DNA of 64,000 nucleotides from Burkholderiales bacterium (GCA_030833315.1 JAURHM010000006.1:6277-70276), one strand, 5' to 3'; positions 39,024 through 49,473 are shown, counted from the first letter of the stretch. Program-made: numbers and translations. Notes: generated from the sequence alone by a model not told the origin.

Positions 39024-40499
39024 TCACGAAATCTTCGCCGCCTTCTTGATCGCCGCCACCTTCGCCATCTCCGGCGACTTCTTGTAATGCGCATCCAGCG
39101 GATAACAGCCTGACACCAAGCCGTGACGCGGCGCGGTGGTGCAGTCGCTGAAGGTGCGGCAAAGACGTTTGCGCTGCAGCGGCCGCCCGGCGAGTACGTC
39201 GGCGGGAAGGTCGGGATAGGAGAGCATCATGCGGCCAAGGCCAACGCTGTCGGTCCAGCCGGCGCGCACCGCCGCCTGTGCAACGTTGGGCAGGAATTCC
39301 TGCAGATAGGTGTAACCGCTGCCGACGAACACCGCACCCGGGAAGGCCTGCTTGAGTTCGCGCACCACATTCAAATGCCTCATCACCCCGATCAGCGGAT
39401 CTTCCGGCGGGTGGTAGCCGTCGGAAGGTGGATACAGCGCGGGGCGCGTCAGGTGCGGGTTGTAATAAGGGCTGCCCAGCGTGATATTGAAAAGGTGAAT
39501 GCCGAGGTCTCGTGCGATGGCGATGACTGACTTGGTTTCACTGAGATCGAAGGCCAGCGGATCGGATTCCTTCGTACCGAAGCCGTAGCGGTACGGCAGC
39601 AGATTCGCAAAATCCTCCGGCGCGCCCGCCCCCATCGCGTCCGCCGTAGTCAGCGCGGGATCGGGACGGAAGGGCACCAGATCCGCAGCGGAAATGCGCA
39701 TGCCGAACTTCATGCCCGGCGCTTCGGCTTTGATGCCGGCGACGATTTCACGCAGGAAACGCGTGCGGTTTTCCAGCGAGCCGCCGAATTCACCGTCGCG
39801 GGTTTTCGCGGACAGGAACTCGTGGCCGAGGTAGCCGTGGCAGGCTTTGACATCGACAAACTCGAAACCGAGCTTCGCCGCGCGTTTGGCGGTCTGCACA
39901 TAATCATCAATCAGCCGGCGGATTTCGCCGTCGCTGATCAGCGGATAGTCGGGGCCGAGTTTCTGGCGGCGGTCGAGCAGCGGATGCCGGTAGAGGATCA
40001 TCGGCTCCATCTTGTGATGATCGTTGGGTTTGCAGAAACGGCCGGAGTGCGTCAGTTGCAGGCCGACGACCAGCCCCTTGTCATCACCCATCGCTGTGCG
40101 GTGCGCGGCGACCAGGGATTCGCGCATCGCACCGATTTCGGCTTCCGTGTGCGCATTGAGCATCAACTGATTCGGATTGGCGCGGCCGTCGGGGCGCACC
40201 GCAATCGCTTCGCAACCCCAGATCAGCTTGGCGCCGGAGGAACCGAAACGCTCCCAGCGCCGCCGCGTATTGTCAGAGGGACACCCGTCGTTCAGCGCAT
40301 CCCAGCCTTCCATCGGATGTACGGTATAGCGGTTGCCGATGGTCAGGCCATCGACCTTGAGCGGCGCAGCCATCGGCGACGCAGGCCCGGCTTCAAGTGC
40401 ATCGTCGCAGGGCATGTCAAGCCCGAGACGCTGCAGGTTTTCCCGGAATCCCATTGCGGTCTGCAGCGATTTGACCTTGACGTAATCACCGAACTTCAT
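39024..40499 (-). CDS. NADH:flavin oxidoreductase (Old Yellow Enzyme family)
   Basis: HPMEGWD, LQLTHSGR, VDVKACHGYL.HEFLS, FGGSLENRTRF; start MKFGDY. Confidence 0.88.
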   Translation of the reverse strand: MKFGDYVKVKSLQTAMGFRENLQRLGLDMPCDDALEAGPASPMAAPLKVDGLTIGNRYTVHPMEGWDALNDGCPSDNTRRRWERFGSSGAKLIWGCEAIAVRPDGRANPNQLMLNAHTEAEIGAMRESLVAAHRTAMGDDKGLVVGLQLTHSGRFCKPNDHHKMEPMILYRHPLLDRRQKLGPDYPLISDGEIRRLIDDYVQTAKRAAKLGFEFVDVKACHGYLGHEFLSAKTRDGEFGGSLENRTRFLREIVAGIKAEAPGMKFGMRISAADLVPFRPDPALTTADAMGAGAPEDFANLLPYRYGFGTKESDPLAFDLSETKSVIAIARDLGIHLFNITLGSPYYNPHLTRPALYPPSDGYHPPEDPLIGVMRHLNVVRELKQAFPGAVFVGSGYTYLQEFLPNVAQAAVRAGWTDSVGLGRMMLSYPDLPADVLAGRPLQRKRLCRTFSDCTTAPRHGLVSGCYPLDAHYKKSPEMAKVAAIKKAAKIS

Positions 40500-40766
40500 G
40501 GTTCTCCCCGATCTGCTGCGCCATTTTCCGGCCGTTGTTGTCGGGCGGCGACAGCCACCCACAATGATTGTCGCCGTAAGCCGCCACACTGGCAAGAAAT
40601 CACCCTTTAAAAACGCCGCGGAAACATCTGCTTACACATTAATACAGAATGGCACAAGGCAAGCCCTTAATCTGTGGCCGTGGTTCAAAGCAAGGGATCA
40701 CGCATAAGAACAGTGAACACAGGGGCACGCGGTACACCACACCGTGGCCACACAAAGGAGACCAGA

Positions 40767-41057
40767 ATGAAACGGATGACAGGTGCAGTGTTGGCGGCGG
40801 TGATGCTGGCAGCAGCTCCCGCCTGGGCGGATCGCGGTGATGACCGCGGCCGGGGTCACGGACATGGGCATGGCCATGAGCATAAACACTGGAAGGATGC
40901 GCGGCATTACCACCCGCACTATGCTCCACCGCGCGTGGTTTACCGCGAAGTGGTGCGCCACCATGCTTACTACGCACCGGCACCGGTGTATTACGCGCCT
41001 CGGCCGGCAGCCGGGATCCATGTCGTGCTGCCGAATATTTATATCCCGATTCGTTAA
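40767..41057 (+). CDS. Small secreted His/Pro/Tyr-rich protein
   Basis: RBS AAGGAG, signal peptide ending AWA, GHGHGHGHEHKH, YYAPAPVYYAP. Confidence 0.8.
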   Translation: MKRMTGAVLAAVMLAAAPAWADRGDDRGRGHGHGHGHEHKHWKDARHYHPHYAPPRVVYREVVRHHAYYAPAPVYYAPRPAAGIHVVLPNIYIPIR

Positions 41058-41072
41058 CGGCAGGGCGCAATA

Positions 41073-41103
41073 AAAACGGCAGGGTATGACACCCTGCCGT
41101 TTT
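41073..41103. terminator. Bidirectional terminator
   Basis: AAAACGGCAGGGT-atgac-ACCCTGCCGTTTT between convergent genes. Confidence 0.85.
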
Positions 41104-41120
41104 CTTTGTACGGAGCCGGA

Positions 41121-41549
41121 TTATTTTTTGAGCAGTGACTTGAGACCGGTCAGCGCGAACCTGTAGCTTTCGATACCGAAGCCGTAAACGCAGGCCTTGC
41201 ACACCGGCAGCATTACCGAAGTAGTGCCGCGCGCCGTCGGATTGCTCAAGTGGACTTCGATCACCGGGAATTTCATCTGCGCCACCGCTGCACGCAGCGG
41301 ACCGGTGACCATGGTAAAGCCGCCGGGGTTCATCACCACACCGGCGATGTCGCTGTCGAAGGCCTGGTAGAGCTTGTTGACGACTTCTCCTTCGATATTG
41401 GAGTGGAAGAACGAGACTTCGATTCCGAGCTCCCTGGCGTAACCGCGGATATGTTCTTCATACTGCGGCAGCGTCATCGGGCCGAAGACGTCGAGCTGCA
41501 CCTTGCCTCGCATGTCGAGGCCGGCGCCGTGGATGACCAGTATTTTCAT
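41121..41549 (-). CDS. Type II 3-dehydroquinate dehydratase homolog, catalytically divergent
   Basis: HSN.EGE, NPGG.T, IEVHLSN, GFG..SY..AL; catalytic lid altered. Confidence 0.78.
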   Translation of the reverse strand: MKILVIHGAGLDMRGKVQLDVFGPMTLPQYEEHIRGYARELGIEVSFFHSNIEGEVVNKLYQAFDSDIAGVVMNPGGFTMVTGPLRAAVAQMKFPVIEVHLSNPTARGTTSVMLPVCKACVYGFGIESYRFALTGLKSLLKK

Positions 41550-41565
41550 CGCATTTCTCTCATGG

Positions 41566-42528
41566 TTATTCTTCCTTGATGTTGGCGGCTTTCACCACCT
41601 TGCGCCACTTCTCGATTTCAGCCTTGATGAAGGCCTGGCTCGCCGCCGGCGTCGTGCCGATCATCTCCGCGCTGTATTTTGCGAAGTTCTGCTGCACCTG
41701 CGGGGTTTTCATGACCTTATTCATGTCTTCATTGATGCGCGTGACAATGGCCTTGGGCGTTTTCGCCGGCGCCAGCATCGCGGTGAAGGTACCCGCCTCA
41801 ACACCGGTCACGCCGGCCTCCTTGGTCGTCGGCACTTCCGGCAATTCGGGGGAACGGTTGGTCGCATTCACCGCCAGCGCCCGGACCTTGCCGCCCTTGA
41901 TATGGCCGATGGCCGAGGAGATCTGGTCGAACATCACGTCGATACGGCCGCCGATCAGATCGAGCATCGCCGGATTGCCGCCCTTGTACGGCACATGCGT
42001 GAACTTTGTGCCGGTGATGCCCTGAAACAGTTCACCCGCAAGCCGGCCGGTGGAAAAGTTGCCCGACGAGCCCATGATCAATTCGCCGCGGGATTTGGCG
42101 TAGGGAATGAACTCCTTCACCGTTTTCGCCGGCGACGACAGCGGCACCAGCATGATCACCGGCACGTTGGACGCCAGGTTGATGGTTTCGAAATCCTTCA
42201 CCGGGTCGTAACGCAGCTTGGTGGAAACGACTGGCGCAATGGTCAGCGAACCGGTCGAGGAAAACAGCAGCGTGTAACCGTCGGGCTGCGAAGTCGCAAC
42301 GATTTCGGAACCCACGGCGCCGCCGGCACCGGCGCGGTTATCGATGATCAGGTTACGGCCCAGCAGCTCACCGAGACCCGGCGTGATCGTGCGCGCAGTC
42401 AGGTCGACATTGCCGCCGGGTGCGAAGGGCACGATGACGCGGATCGGGCGCTCGGGCCAGGCTGCGGCGGCATTCATCGCCACCGTCACCAACAGGACGC
42501 AGAAAAAGTCGGTAAATCGATATTTCAT
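41566..42528 (-). CDS. Bug/TctC substrate-binding protein
   Basis: WPERPIRVIVPFAPGG, DNRAGAGG, HVPYKGG. Confidence 0.92.
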   Translation of the reverse strand: MKYRFTDFFCVLLVTVAMNAAAAWPERPIRVIVPFAPGGNVDLTARTITPGLGELLGRNLIIDNRAGAGGAVGSEIVATSQPDGYTLLFSSTGSLTIAPVVSTKLRYDPVKDFETINLASNVPVIMLVPLSSPAKTVKEFIPYAKSRGELIMGSSGNFSTGRLAGELFQGITGTKFTHVPYKGGNPAMLDLIGGRIDVMFDQISSAIGHIKGGKVRALAVNATNRSPELPEVPTTKEAGVTGVEAGTFTAMLAPAKTPKAIVTRINEDMNKVMKTPQVQQNFAKYSAEMIGTTPAASQAFIKAEIEKWRKVVKAANIKEE

Positions 42529-42691
42529 TGCTGGCTCCGGATCGGGCTTCACAATGAAGCCTTCTTGAGAATGGGTTGCCGGTTTCTACTGAAGATGCCG
42601 GGAGATACCCGCTTGGGCGAATCAAGGGCTTCCGCTAAACTGCGGCTGGATTTTACAGGCATCCAGCCGGTATTTTAATCACGGAGCAAAC

Positions 42692-43075
42692 ATGGACCCG
42701 AAACACATCGAAGCCGGTCTCGCCATCCGCCGCAAAGTCATGGGCGATCAGCATGTCAACAAGCGCCAGACCAGCACGGACAAGTACACCAGACAACAGC
42801 AGGAACTGGTCAATGGATTTTCCTGGGGCCAGATCTGGACAAGGCCGCAGCTGACGCTCAAGGAACGCAGCCTGGTCACGCTGGCCTTCATCTGCGCCGC
42901 CGACAGGATGGATGAGCTGCCCGGACATATCCGGGGCGCCCTCAACAACGGCGCGACCCCTGATGAAATCGTCGAGGTTTTCGTGCAAGCTGCCGTTTAC
43001 TGCGGCTTTCCCTCCTCAAATACCGCTGTACGGCGGTGCGTGGAGGTTTTCAAGGAGCTGGGCGTCGTTACTTGA
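42692..43075 (+). CDS. Carboxymuconolactone decarboxylase (PcaC/AhpD-like) family protein
   Basis: GL..RR.V.G, WG.IW.RP.L...ERSL, H..GALNNG, YCGFP. Confidence 0.85.
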   Translation: MDPKHIEAGLAIRRKVMGDQHVNKRQTSTDKYTRQQQELVNGFSWGQIWTRPQLTLKERSLVTLAFICAADRMDELPGHIRGALNNGATPDEIVEVFVQAAVYCGFPSSNTAVRRCVEVFKELGVVT

Positions 43076-44069
43076 CGGACATACCCAGATCGTCGAGGGC
43101 TTTTTTCAGTTCACCGTACTGCGTCTTCAGATAGGTCTGGGTCTCCCTGCTCGTCATGAACAGGGCTTCGAACTCGTTGTCATCGATGTCCTTTTTCCAT
43201 TCCGGCGTTACCGCCATCCGGCCCAGCGTCGCCTCCCAGTAGGTGACCTGTTGCGGCGTCATCGCCTTGGGGCCCACCATCATGCGGCCGTTGCTGATCA
43301 CCACGTTGTAACCCTGTTCGCGCAAAGTCGGTACTGCGGCAAAGGATCCCTCAAGCCGCTTCTCCGATGTCACGCCAAGGACGCGAATCTTGCCCCCCTG
43401 CAAGTGGGGCACGACATTGTTGGCTGCTGAAGCCATCAGATCGACATGTCCACCCAGCACGGCGGTCATGGCCTGGCCGCCACCCTGAAAAACGACTGCA
43501 CGCAATTTCCGGGGGTCGGAACCCGACAGCCGCGCCAGGCGCGCCATCGCGATATGGTTGGCGCTGCCGAGACTGCTGCCGACGGAGAAACTGACCGAGG
43601 CGGGATCCTTGCGCAAGCGTTCGGAAAGGTCCTTGATCGAGCGGATCGGCGACTCGGCGCGTACGCTGATCGCCACCGATTCAGTAAACAGGTTGGCGAC
43701 CATCGTAAGGTCGGTGTAATTGATATTCGAACGACCGGTGATGTGATTGGTCAGCAGCGTCGGATTGGCAATCGCGATGAAATGACCGTCCGCGGCCTTC
43801 TGATTGAGATAAGTCCAGGCCACCAGACCGCCACCACCCGGCTTATTCTGCACCGTGGCCGCCACCGGCAAAATCCGGCCTTCCTGCAAAATCCGCTGAA
43901 CCGTGCGCGCGGACTTGTCCTGTCCGCCACCGGCGCCGGTGGCAACAATGATCTCGACCACGCGATCCGGTTTCCACTCAGCCGCGCCAGCTGCGCCGGG
44001 CATCGCCAGCATTGCGCAACAGGTCACAACCCCCAGCCACTGCACTCCCCTGAACCTGACCTCCATCAT
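43068..44069 (-). CDS. TctC/Bug substrate-binding protein
   Basis: GAGGG.D..AR, NKPGGGG, FQGGG.A.TAVLGGHVD, VPTLREQG; RBS GGAGGAG. Confidence 0.9.
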   Translation of the reverse strand: MMEVRFRGVQWLGVVTCCAMLAMPGAAGAAEWKPDRVVEIIVATGAGGGQDKSARTVQRILQEGRILPVAATVQNKPGGGGLVAWTYLNQKAADGHFIAIANPTLLTNHITGRSNINYTDLTMVANLFTESVAISVRAESPIRSIKDLSERLRKDPASVSFSVGSSLGSANHIAMARLARLSGSDPRKLRAVVFQGGGQAMTAVLGGHVDLMASAANNVVPHLQGGKIRVLGVTSEKRLEGSFAAVPTLREQGYNVVISNGRMMVGPKAMTPQQVTYWEATLGRMAVTPEWKKDIDDNEFEALFMTSRETQTYLKTQYGELKKALDDLGMSVK

Positions 44070-44088
44070 CTCCTCCTGCCCTGAATAA

Positions 44089-45177
44089 TCACGCTGCCGC
44101 ATTGACCTTGACCGGTTGACCGGTTCTGAGCGATTCCTCCATGGCCAGCGTCACCGCAAGCGTCTGGCGTGCCTGGGACGGCGTTGAATGCAGCGCAGGC
44201 GTCCCGGCTGTCAGGTGGTCAATCCAGGCACGCGTTTCGCTTGCCACCGGCCCAAGAAACTCGTCCATGGCCCAGTCGCCCGGCGTGCCGCTGCCGAGGA
44301 AAGCCATGTTGACTTCGTGCCCGGGAATATAGACATGCCCGACGCCATGATCGCTGTAGAGCATGCGGTCGGTATGGTCATCGTCGAGCAGCATCACGCC
44401 GTCAGGACCCAGCAGCTCAACGCGCGCCGCGTGTCCGAGAACCGGAAAACCTTTGGGCAAGGCGTAGCTGACGCTCATCGCGATGACAGCGCCATCGGCA
44501 CAGGTCAGGATCGCATGCGCGAGATCCGTGGTGTTGTGCCCCGAATTCAGCAGCACGCCGCGCTTGCCCCGGGCCACCACTTCGACAACCGGATTGTTCT
44601 CGAAAAACCAGCCCATCAGGTCAATGTAGTAGGTGAGCCCGGAAGTAGGACTGTTCTCCGGCAGGCGCGAGAGGGTTTGCATCGCCTGCGATCGGGTATT
44701 GAACAACCGTACTACCGCACCCGTCAGCGCACCGAGCCGGCCGCGCCGGAGCTGTTCCTTCGCAATCATGTAACGCTTTTTGAAGCGACGGCTGAAGCCG
44801 ACATGCAGCGTTGCGCCCCGATCGGCATGCCGGCGCGCGGTATCGATCAGCAGATCGGCGTCAGCCAGCTTCAGCGCTATGGGTTTTTCGACAAAAACTT
44901 TTTTGCCCATCTCCAGCGCCTGCACCACCGGCTGCACATGCTCGAGTTCGATCGTCGATACCACGACCGCATCAACCTCCGGCCTCGAAATCACTTCAAG
45001 ATTGTCGCCGGACCAGAACTGAGCGCCGCATTGTGCTGCCAGCTTTTCCGCCTTTGCAGGCTCACGGTCGGACACCGCCACAAAATTTACTGCAGGGTGA
45101 CGGGACGCCATGACGGCCCGCAAGGTGCCAATCCGCCCGGATCCGACGACGGCAACGCCGATTGTTTTCTGATGCAT
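44089..45177 (-). CDS. Gfo/Idh/MocA oxidoreductase
   Basis: VGSGRIG, VFVEKP, VGF.RRF. Confidence 0.88.
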   Translation of the reverse strand: MHQKTIGVAVVGSGRIGTLRAVMASRHPAVNFVAVSDREPAKAEKLAAQCGAQFWSGDNLEVISRPEVDAVVVSTIELEHVQPVVQALEMGKKVFVEKPIALKLADADLLIDTARRHADRGATLHVGFSRRFKKRYMIAKEQLRRGRLGALTGAVVRLFNTRSQAMQTLSRLPENSPTSGLTYYIDLMGWFFENNPVVEVVARGKRGVLLNSGHNTTDLAHAILTCADGAVIAMSVSYALPKGFPVLGHAARVELLGPDGVMLLDDDHTDRMLYSDHGVGHVYIPGHEVNMAFLGSGTPGDWAMDEFLGPVASETRAWIDHLTAGTPALHSTPSQARQTLAVTLAMEESLRTGQPVKVNAAA

Positions 45178-45196
45178 GTCAGGAAGGCTCTGGAAA

Positions 45197-47344
45197 TCAG
45201 GCGCTCAGCGCAGCAACAATGCGGTCGCGCGTGAACGGCATGTCGCGCAGCCGTGCACCGATGGCATTGTAAATGGCATTGCCAATCGCACCCGATACGG
45301 GACCCTGCGTGCCCTCGCCTGCGCCTACCGGCGGCGCTTCGGGCCGGTTGATCAGCGCAACCTCGATCTCCGGCACTTCAACAAAACTGAGGATCGGGTA
45401 ATCGAGCCAGTTGCGCGTGGTGATGCCGACCTTGTCGAAATCGACACGCTCCTTCAGCGTCCAGCTCGCACTCTGGATCATGCCGCCTTCGATCTGGTTG
45501 ATCACCCCATCGGGATTGATCGCCTGACCGACATCGACCGCGCCCCACAGCTTGGTGACGCGAACATCTTCGGCAATATGCACTTCGGCGATCACCGCGA
45601 TATACGCCGCAAGATTCTTGTAACGCGCGAAACCGATGCCGCGACCGCGTTCGCCGTCGCCCTTCTCATTGGGTTTCCACCTCGCCATCTGTGCCACTTT
45701 TTCGATGACCGCCTTGGCGCGGGGATCTATCAGGTGGCGCAGGCGGAATTCCACCGGATCGGCGCCCGCCGCTTCCGCCAGCTCATCGATGAAACATTCG
45801 ATGGCATAGGCGTTGGCATGACCGCCCAGCGCGCGCAGCGCAGAAGTGCGCAGCGGCGATTGGCGGATCAGGTGGTTGGTGACTTTCTGGTTGGGGAAAT
45901 CGTACAGCGGCACCGCATTGCGATGGCTGCCGCCGCCGGGCAGCGGCGGATTGCCGGGCTTGGCTGCGGGCAGTGGTTTTTCCAGATGCCAGGCCGCCAG
46001 CAGGTTGACACCACCCTTGCCGCCGGGCCGCGTGCTGTGCGCGTGACTCCACAACTCATGCCCCCAATTGACGATATTGCCTTTGTCGTCGAGCGAGGCA
46101 TTGAGCCTGACCACCATCGGTGAACTGAAGGGCTCCCAGGCGAATTCATCTTCGCGCATCCACTGCACACGCACCGGCTTGCCGGGCACCGCGCGCGCCA
46201 GCAGCACGGCGTCGAGCGTGACGTCGTCGGCGGCGTTGTGGCCGTAACAGCCTGCCCCTTCGGCGTGGGTGATGATGATGTCCTGCTCGGGCATGCCCAG
46301 CACCTGCGCCATGTCACCGCGCAGCGGATAAATGCCCTGGCTGTGCGTCCAGATCCACAACTTGCCGCTGTCCGCACCGCTACCCCACTGCGCCAGCGCG
46401 CAGGACGGCGCGAGTGAAGCGTGGGCGAGATAGGGTTTGGTGTATTCGGCGCTGAGCTGCTTCGCGCCCGCAGTCGACGGATCGCCCTTGGTGCTGATGA
46501 CTTCGCTTTCGGCCTGCGCCTGCAACGTCAGCAGATGGCGCGGATCGTTGGCGGGCAATTCGGGGCCGTTATTCCATTGCGCAATGCGCGCAAGACGGCG
46601 CTCGGCGCGGATCGCCTGCTCTTCGCGCTGGGCCACCACGCCGAGGAAATTGCCGTCGCGCACGACGGCAACGACGCCCGGCATCTGCTCGACTTCCTTG
46701 AGATCGATGGCTTTCAGCGTCGCCTTCGGTCCCGGCGGACGGCTGATGCGTCCATGCAGCAGCCCTTCCGGCTGCATGTCCTGCACAAAGGACGGCTTGC
46801 CCGTGACCTTGTTCGGGATGTCGACGCGCTCCAGCGAAGTGCCAACAACGACATGTTCCTGCGGCAGCTTGGCGGTGATATCGAAGGTCGCCTCGCGCGC
46901 CAGCAGATCCGGCGTGGCGAGTTCCCAATACGTAACCGATCCGCCGCCGCGCGCCGAGACCACGCCGTCGGCAACCGTGAGGCTTTCCAGCGTCACACCA
47001 AGCTTCTGCGCCGCGCGGGTCAGCAGCAGGTCGCGCGTTTCGGCGGCGACATGGCGCAATGCTAATCCACTTTCCTGGATCGAGCGGCTGCCCGAGGTGA
47101 TGCCTTCATCGGGGCTGAATGCGGTGCTCGCGGCCTTCAAACGGATGCGCGAGACATCGATGTCGAGTTCTTCGGCGGTCATTTGCATCACCGCGGTGAG
47201 AATGCCCTGACCGATTTCGACTTTGCCGGTGTACAGCGTCACTGTGCCGTCGGCGTTGATGGATAACCAGCGATCGAGACGGCGGTTGGTATCGAGACTG
47301 CCCGGCAGTTTGCGTGCGGGGGCTGCGGTATTGGCCTGTGCCAT
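45197..47344 (-). CDS. Molybdopterin-binding subunit, nicotinate dehydrogenase NicB-like (no cytochrome c domain)
   Basis: GKVEIGQG, TSGSRS, GCYGHN.ADD, SALRALG, NQIEGG, GAGE. Confidence 0.82.
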   Translation of the reverse strand: MAQANTAAPARKLPGSLDTNRRLDRWLSINADGTVTLYTGKVEIGQGILTAVMQMTAEELDIDVSRIRLKAASTAFSPDEGITSGSRSIQESGLALRHVAAETRDLLLTRAAQKLGVTLESLTVADGVVSARGGGSVTYWELATPDLLAREATFDITAKLPQEHVVVGTSLERVDIPNKVTGKPSFVQDMQPEGLLHGRISRPPGPKATLKAIDLKEVEQMPGVVAVVRDGNFLGVVAQREEQAIRAERRLARIAQWNNGPELPANDPRHLLTLQAQAESEVISTKGDPSTAGAKQLSAEYTKPYLAHASLAPSCALAQWGSGADSGKLWIWTHSQGIYPLRGDMAQVLGMPEQDIIITHAEGAGCYGHNAADDVTLDAVLLARAVPGKPVRVQWMREDEFAWEPFSSPMVVRLNASLDDKGNIVNWGHELWSHAHSTRPGGKGGVNLLAAWHLEKPLPAAKPGNPPLPGGGSHRNAVPLYDFPNQKVTNHLIRQSPLRTSALRALGGHANAYAIECFIDELAEAAGADPVEFRLRHLIDPRAKAVIEKVAQMARWKPNEKGDGERGRGIGFARYKNLAAYIAVIAEVHIAEDVRVTKLWGAVDVGQAINPDGVINQIEGGMIQSASWTLKERVDFDKVGITTRNWLDYPILSFVEVPEIEVALINRPEAPPVGAGEGTQGPVSGAIGNAIYNAIGARLRDMPFTRDRIVAALSA

Positions 47345-47814
47345 TATTGTTCTCCCCGGAGTTCTTTGGCTGCGCGCTTGATCGCACGCAGGATGCGACT
47401 GTGCGTGCCGCAGCGGCAAAGATTGCCTTCGAGCGCCTTGCGGATCTCGGCGTCGGACGGGTTGTTGTTGACGTCAAGCAAGGCTTTCGCCGACATCAGG
47501 ATGCCGCTGGCGCAATAACCGCACTGCGCGGCCTGTTCGGCGATGAAGGCCTGCTGCAGCGGATGCATGGCCGCATCAGTGCCGAGCGCTTCGACGGTGG
47601 TGATCGGTTTGCCGACCACCGCGGACACCGGTACGTCGCAGGACTGCACCGGTTTGCCATCGATGATCACGGTGCATGCGCCGCACTGGCCGAGGCCGCA
47701 GCCGTAACGCGAGCCGATCAGTCCAAGGTCGTTGCGCAGGGCATAGAGCAGCGGGGTTTCCGCGTCGGCCTGAACCTCACGCGGTTTGCCGTTTACCTGT
47801 ATCGTCAGAGCCAT
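47344..47814 (-). CDS. 2x[2Fe-2S] subunit (NicA/CoxS-like)
   Basis: [25 protein letters not shown]. Confidence 0.9.
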   Translation of the reverse strand: MALTIQVNGKPREVQADAETPLLYALRNDLGLIGSRYGCGLGQCGACTVIIDGKPVQSCDVPVSAVVGKPITTVEALGTDAAMHPLQQAFIAEQAAQCGYCASGILMSAKALLDVNNNPSDAEIRKALEGNLCRCGTHSRILRAIKRAAKELRGEQ

Positions 47815-47918
47815 ATAAATTTACCAATAAAAACAAATAGTTATAAATAACCCGCCTTGCCGTTGCCGGCCTGCAGGCCTATACTGCGCTTCCCCTCAAC
47901 TGCCGTTCCGCACCCCTC

Positions 47919-48128
47919 ATGTCCGACCGCAACGAGACCGACGCCATCGAAGCACGCATCGCCGAGCTCAAGCTGGAGCATCGCGATCTCGATGACGTGA
48001 TCTTGCGGCTCACGCAAACGCCGGTGATCGATCAACTGCAGCTGCAGCGGATGAAAAAACGCAAGCTGATGGTCAAGGACCAGATCGCGCTGCTCGAGCG
48101 GCAACTGACGCCGGACATTCCCGCCTAA
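47919..48128 (+). CDS. DUF465/YdcH coiled-coil protein
   Basis: EHRDLD, RMKKRKL..KD.I, PDIPA. Confidence 0.88.
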   Translation: MSDRNETDAIEARIAELKLEHRDLDDVILRLTQTPVIDQLQLQRMKKRKLMVKDQIALLERQLTPDIPA

Positions 48129-48628
48129 GCAGTACTGCGGCGGGAGCGCATCGCCAGCCACACCAGCGCAACACCCAGCAGGACAAACCACAGCAGCGAC
48201 CAGCCGGGTATCGTCAGCCCGAGAAAACGCCATCCGGCTTCGGCACATTCGCCCGAACCCGACAAGACCTTTTCCAGCATGCGCGTCACCGCATACTGCT
48301 CCAGCATGTATGACAAGCCTGGCCCACAGGCCGGCACCTGGTCCGGCGGCAGGCTTTGCAGCCAGACATGGCGCGCGGCAATACCCGCGCCGGTCAATGC
48401 AAACAATCCGCCGAGCAGGGCATAAACTGCCGCACCGGTTTTGCCCGGGCCATGCAGTGCAGCGACCACAAAAACCAGACCCAGCGCGATAAACGCGACG
48501 CGCTGGAATACACACAGCGGGCAGGGTTCCAGGCCTTCAACATGCTGCAGATAGAGACCGAAACCCAGCAGTGCGGCGCAGATGAGCGCACCCAGCAGAT
48601 AAGCGATACGTTTGTTCATAAGCTCCAT
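48125..48628 (-). CDS. dsbB: Disulfide bond formation protein B
   Basis: PCPLC..QR, ACGP, G.C....W..LG. Confidence 0.92.
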   Translation of the reverse strand: MELMNKRIAYLLGALICAALLGFGLYLQHVEGLEPCPLCVFQRVAFIALGLVFVVAALHGPGKTGAAVYALLGGLFALTGAGIAARHVWLQSLPPDQVPACGPGLSYMLEQYAVTRMLEKVLSGSGECAEAGWRFLGLTIPGWSLLWFVLLGVALVWLAMRSRRSTA

Positions 48629-48631
48629 ACT

Positions 48632-49120
48632 TTACACATAAGCCAGCAGTCGGCCGCAGGCAATGATACCGATCCAGATCAGCAGCGAAACCGCTGCATG
48701 CAATTTGGCAAGCGCAGGCACCGCAACATTGCTGTCCCAGACGGCCGCGCCGCGAAACACGCCGGCGTGAAACAGTGCCGCATTAAGTCCGGCGCAGAAC
48801 AGCAAAGACATCTTGATCACAAACGCCGGGTTGGCAATCAGATCCCCGGCGTGCGCGATGAACATCAGAAACCCCGACGGCACGATCAGCAGCAGCGCGC
48901 CGAAACTCCACGGCAGTGCATGACGCGCCAGCGCTCGCACCGGCAACGCCCGGGTCAATCCCAGCAGCCGCAGGTCGAACACCAGCACCGACCCCACCAG
49001 TATGACAAAACCGAGGATGTGCACAATCTCGACCGCAGGATACAGCCAGAGTTCCTGGCGCATGGCGACCGCCAGCGGCAGGCGCTCGATCGCAGCAAGC
49101 GGCGCGCCGGGATCGGTCAT
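48632..49120 (-). CDS. DUF6644-like membrane protein
   Basis: E..H..G, DLRLLG, F..K, GRL.AY; paired with the upstream gene. Confidence 0.7.
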   Translation of the reverse strand: MTDPGAPLAAIERLPLAVAMRQELWLYPAVEIVHILGFVILVGSVLVFDLRLLGLTRALPVRALARHALPWSFGALLLIVPSGFLMFIAHAGDLIANPAFVIKMSLLFCAGLNAALFHAGVFRGAAVWDSNVAVPALAKLHAAVSLLIWIGIIACGRLLAYV

Positions 49121-49473
49121 CGCAGCTCGACGGTTTTGCCGCCGACGATGATGCGCTCGGCGCGCATTTCATCCGGTTTGCTGCGATTGGGGTAACCAAC
49201 AACGGTCACCGTGCTTCCCGACTTGAGGTCAGCCGGCGGCAGTCCGCGCGCGGTCATCCGCGACGGCGGCGCGAGTACGGCATGCCAGGTCTTGCCCGGC
49301 ACCACCAGCTGGATATGACCGTGCGGATGTTCATATCCGGATTCGGCGATGGTGCCGGTCAGCTTGAGTTCCTTGCTGCTGTCGTATTCGCTCCAGCCAT
49401 GGTGCGCCAGCGCCGGCAGACCCAGCACGGCCGCCAATGTTGTTGATGCGGCCAACAATAGAATTTTCAGCAT
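49117..49473 (-). CDS. DUF6152-like secreted OB-fold protein
   Basis: Signal peptide then AHHGWS.YD, HPH, RAERI. Confidence 0.75.
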   Translation of the reverse strand: MLKILLLAASTTLAAVLGLPALAHHGWSEYDSSKELKLTGTIAESGYEHPHGHIQLVVPGKTWHAVLAPPSRMTARGLPPADLKSGSTVTVVGYPNRSKPDEMRAERIIVGGKTVELR

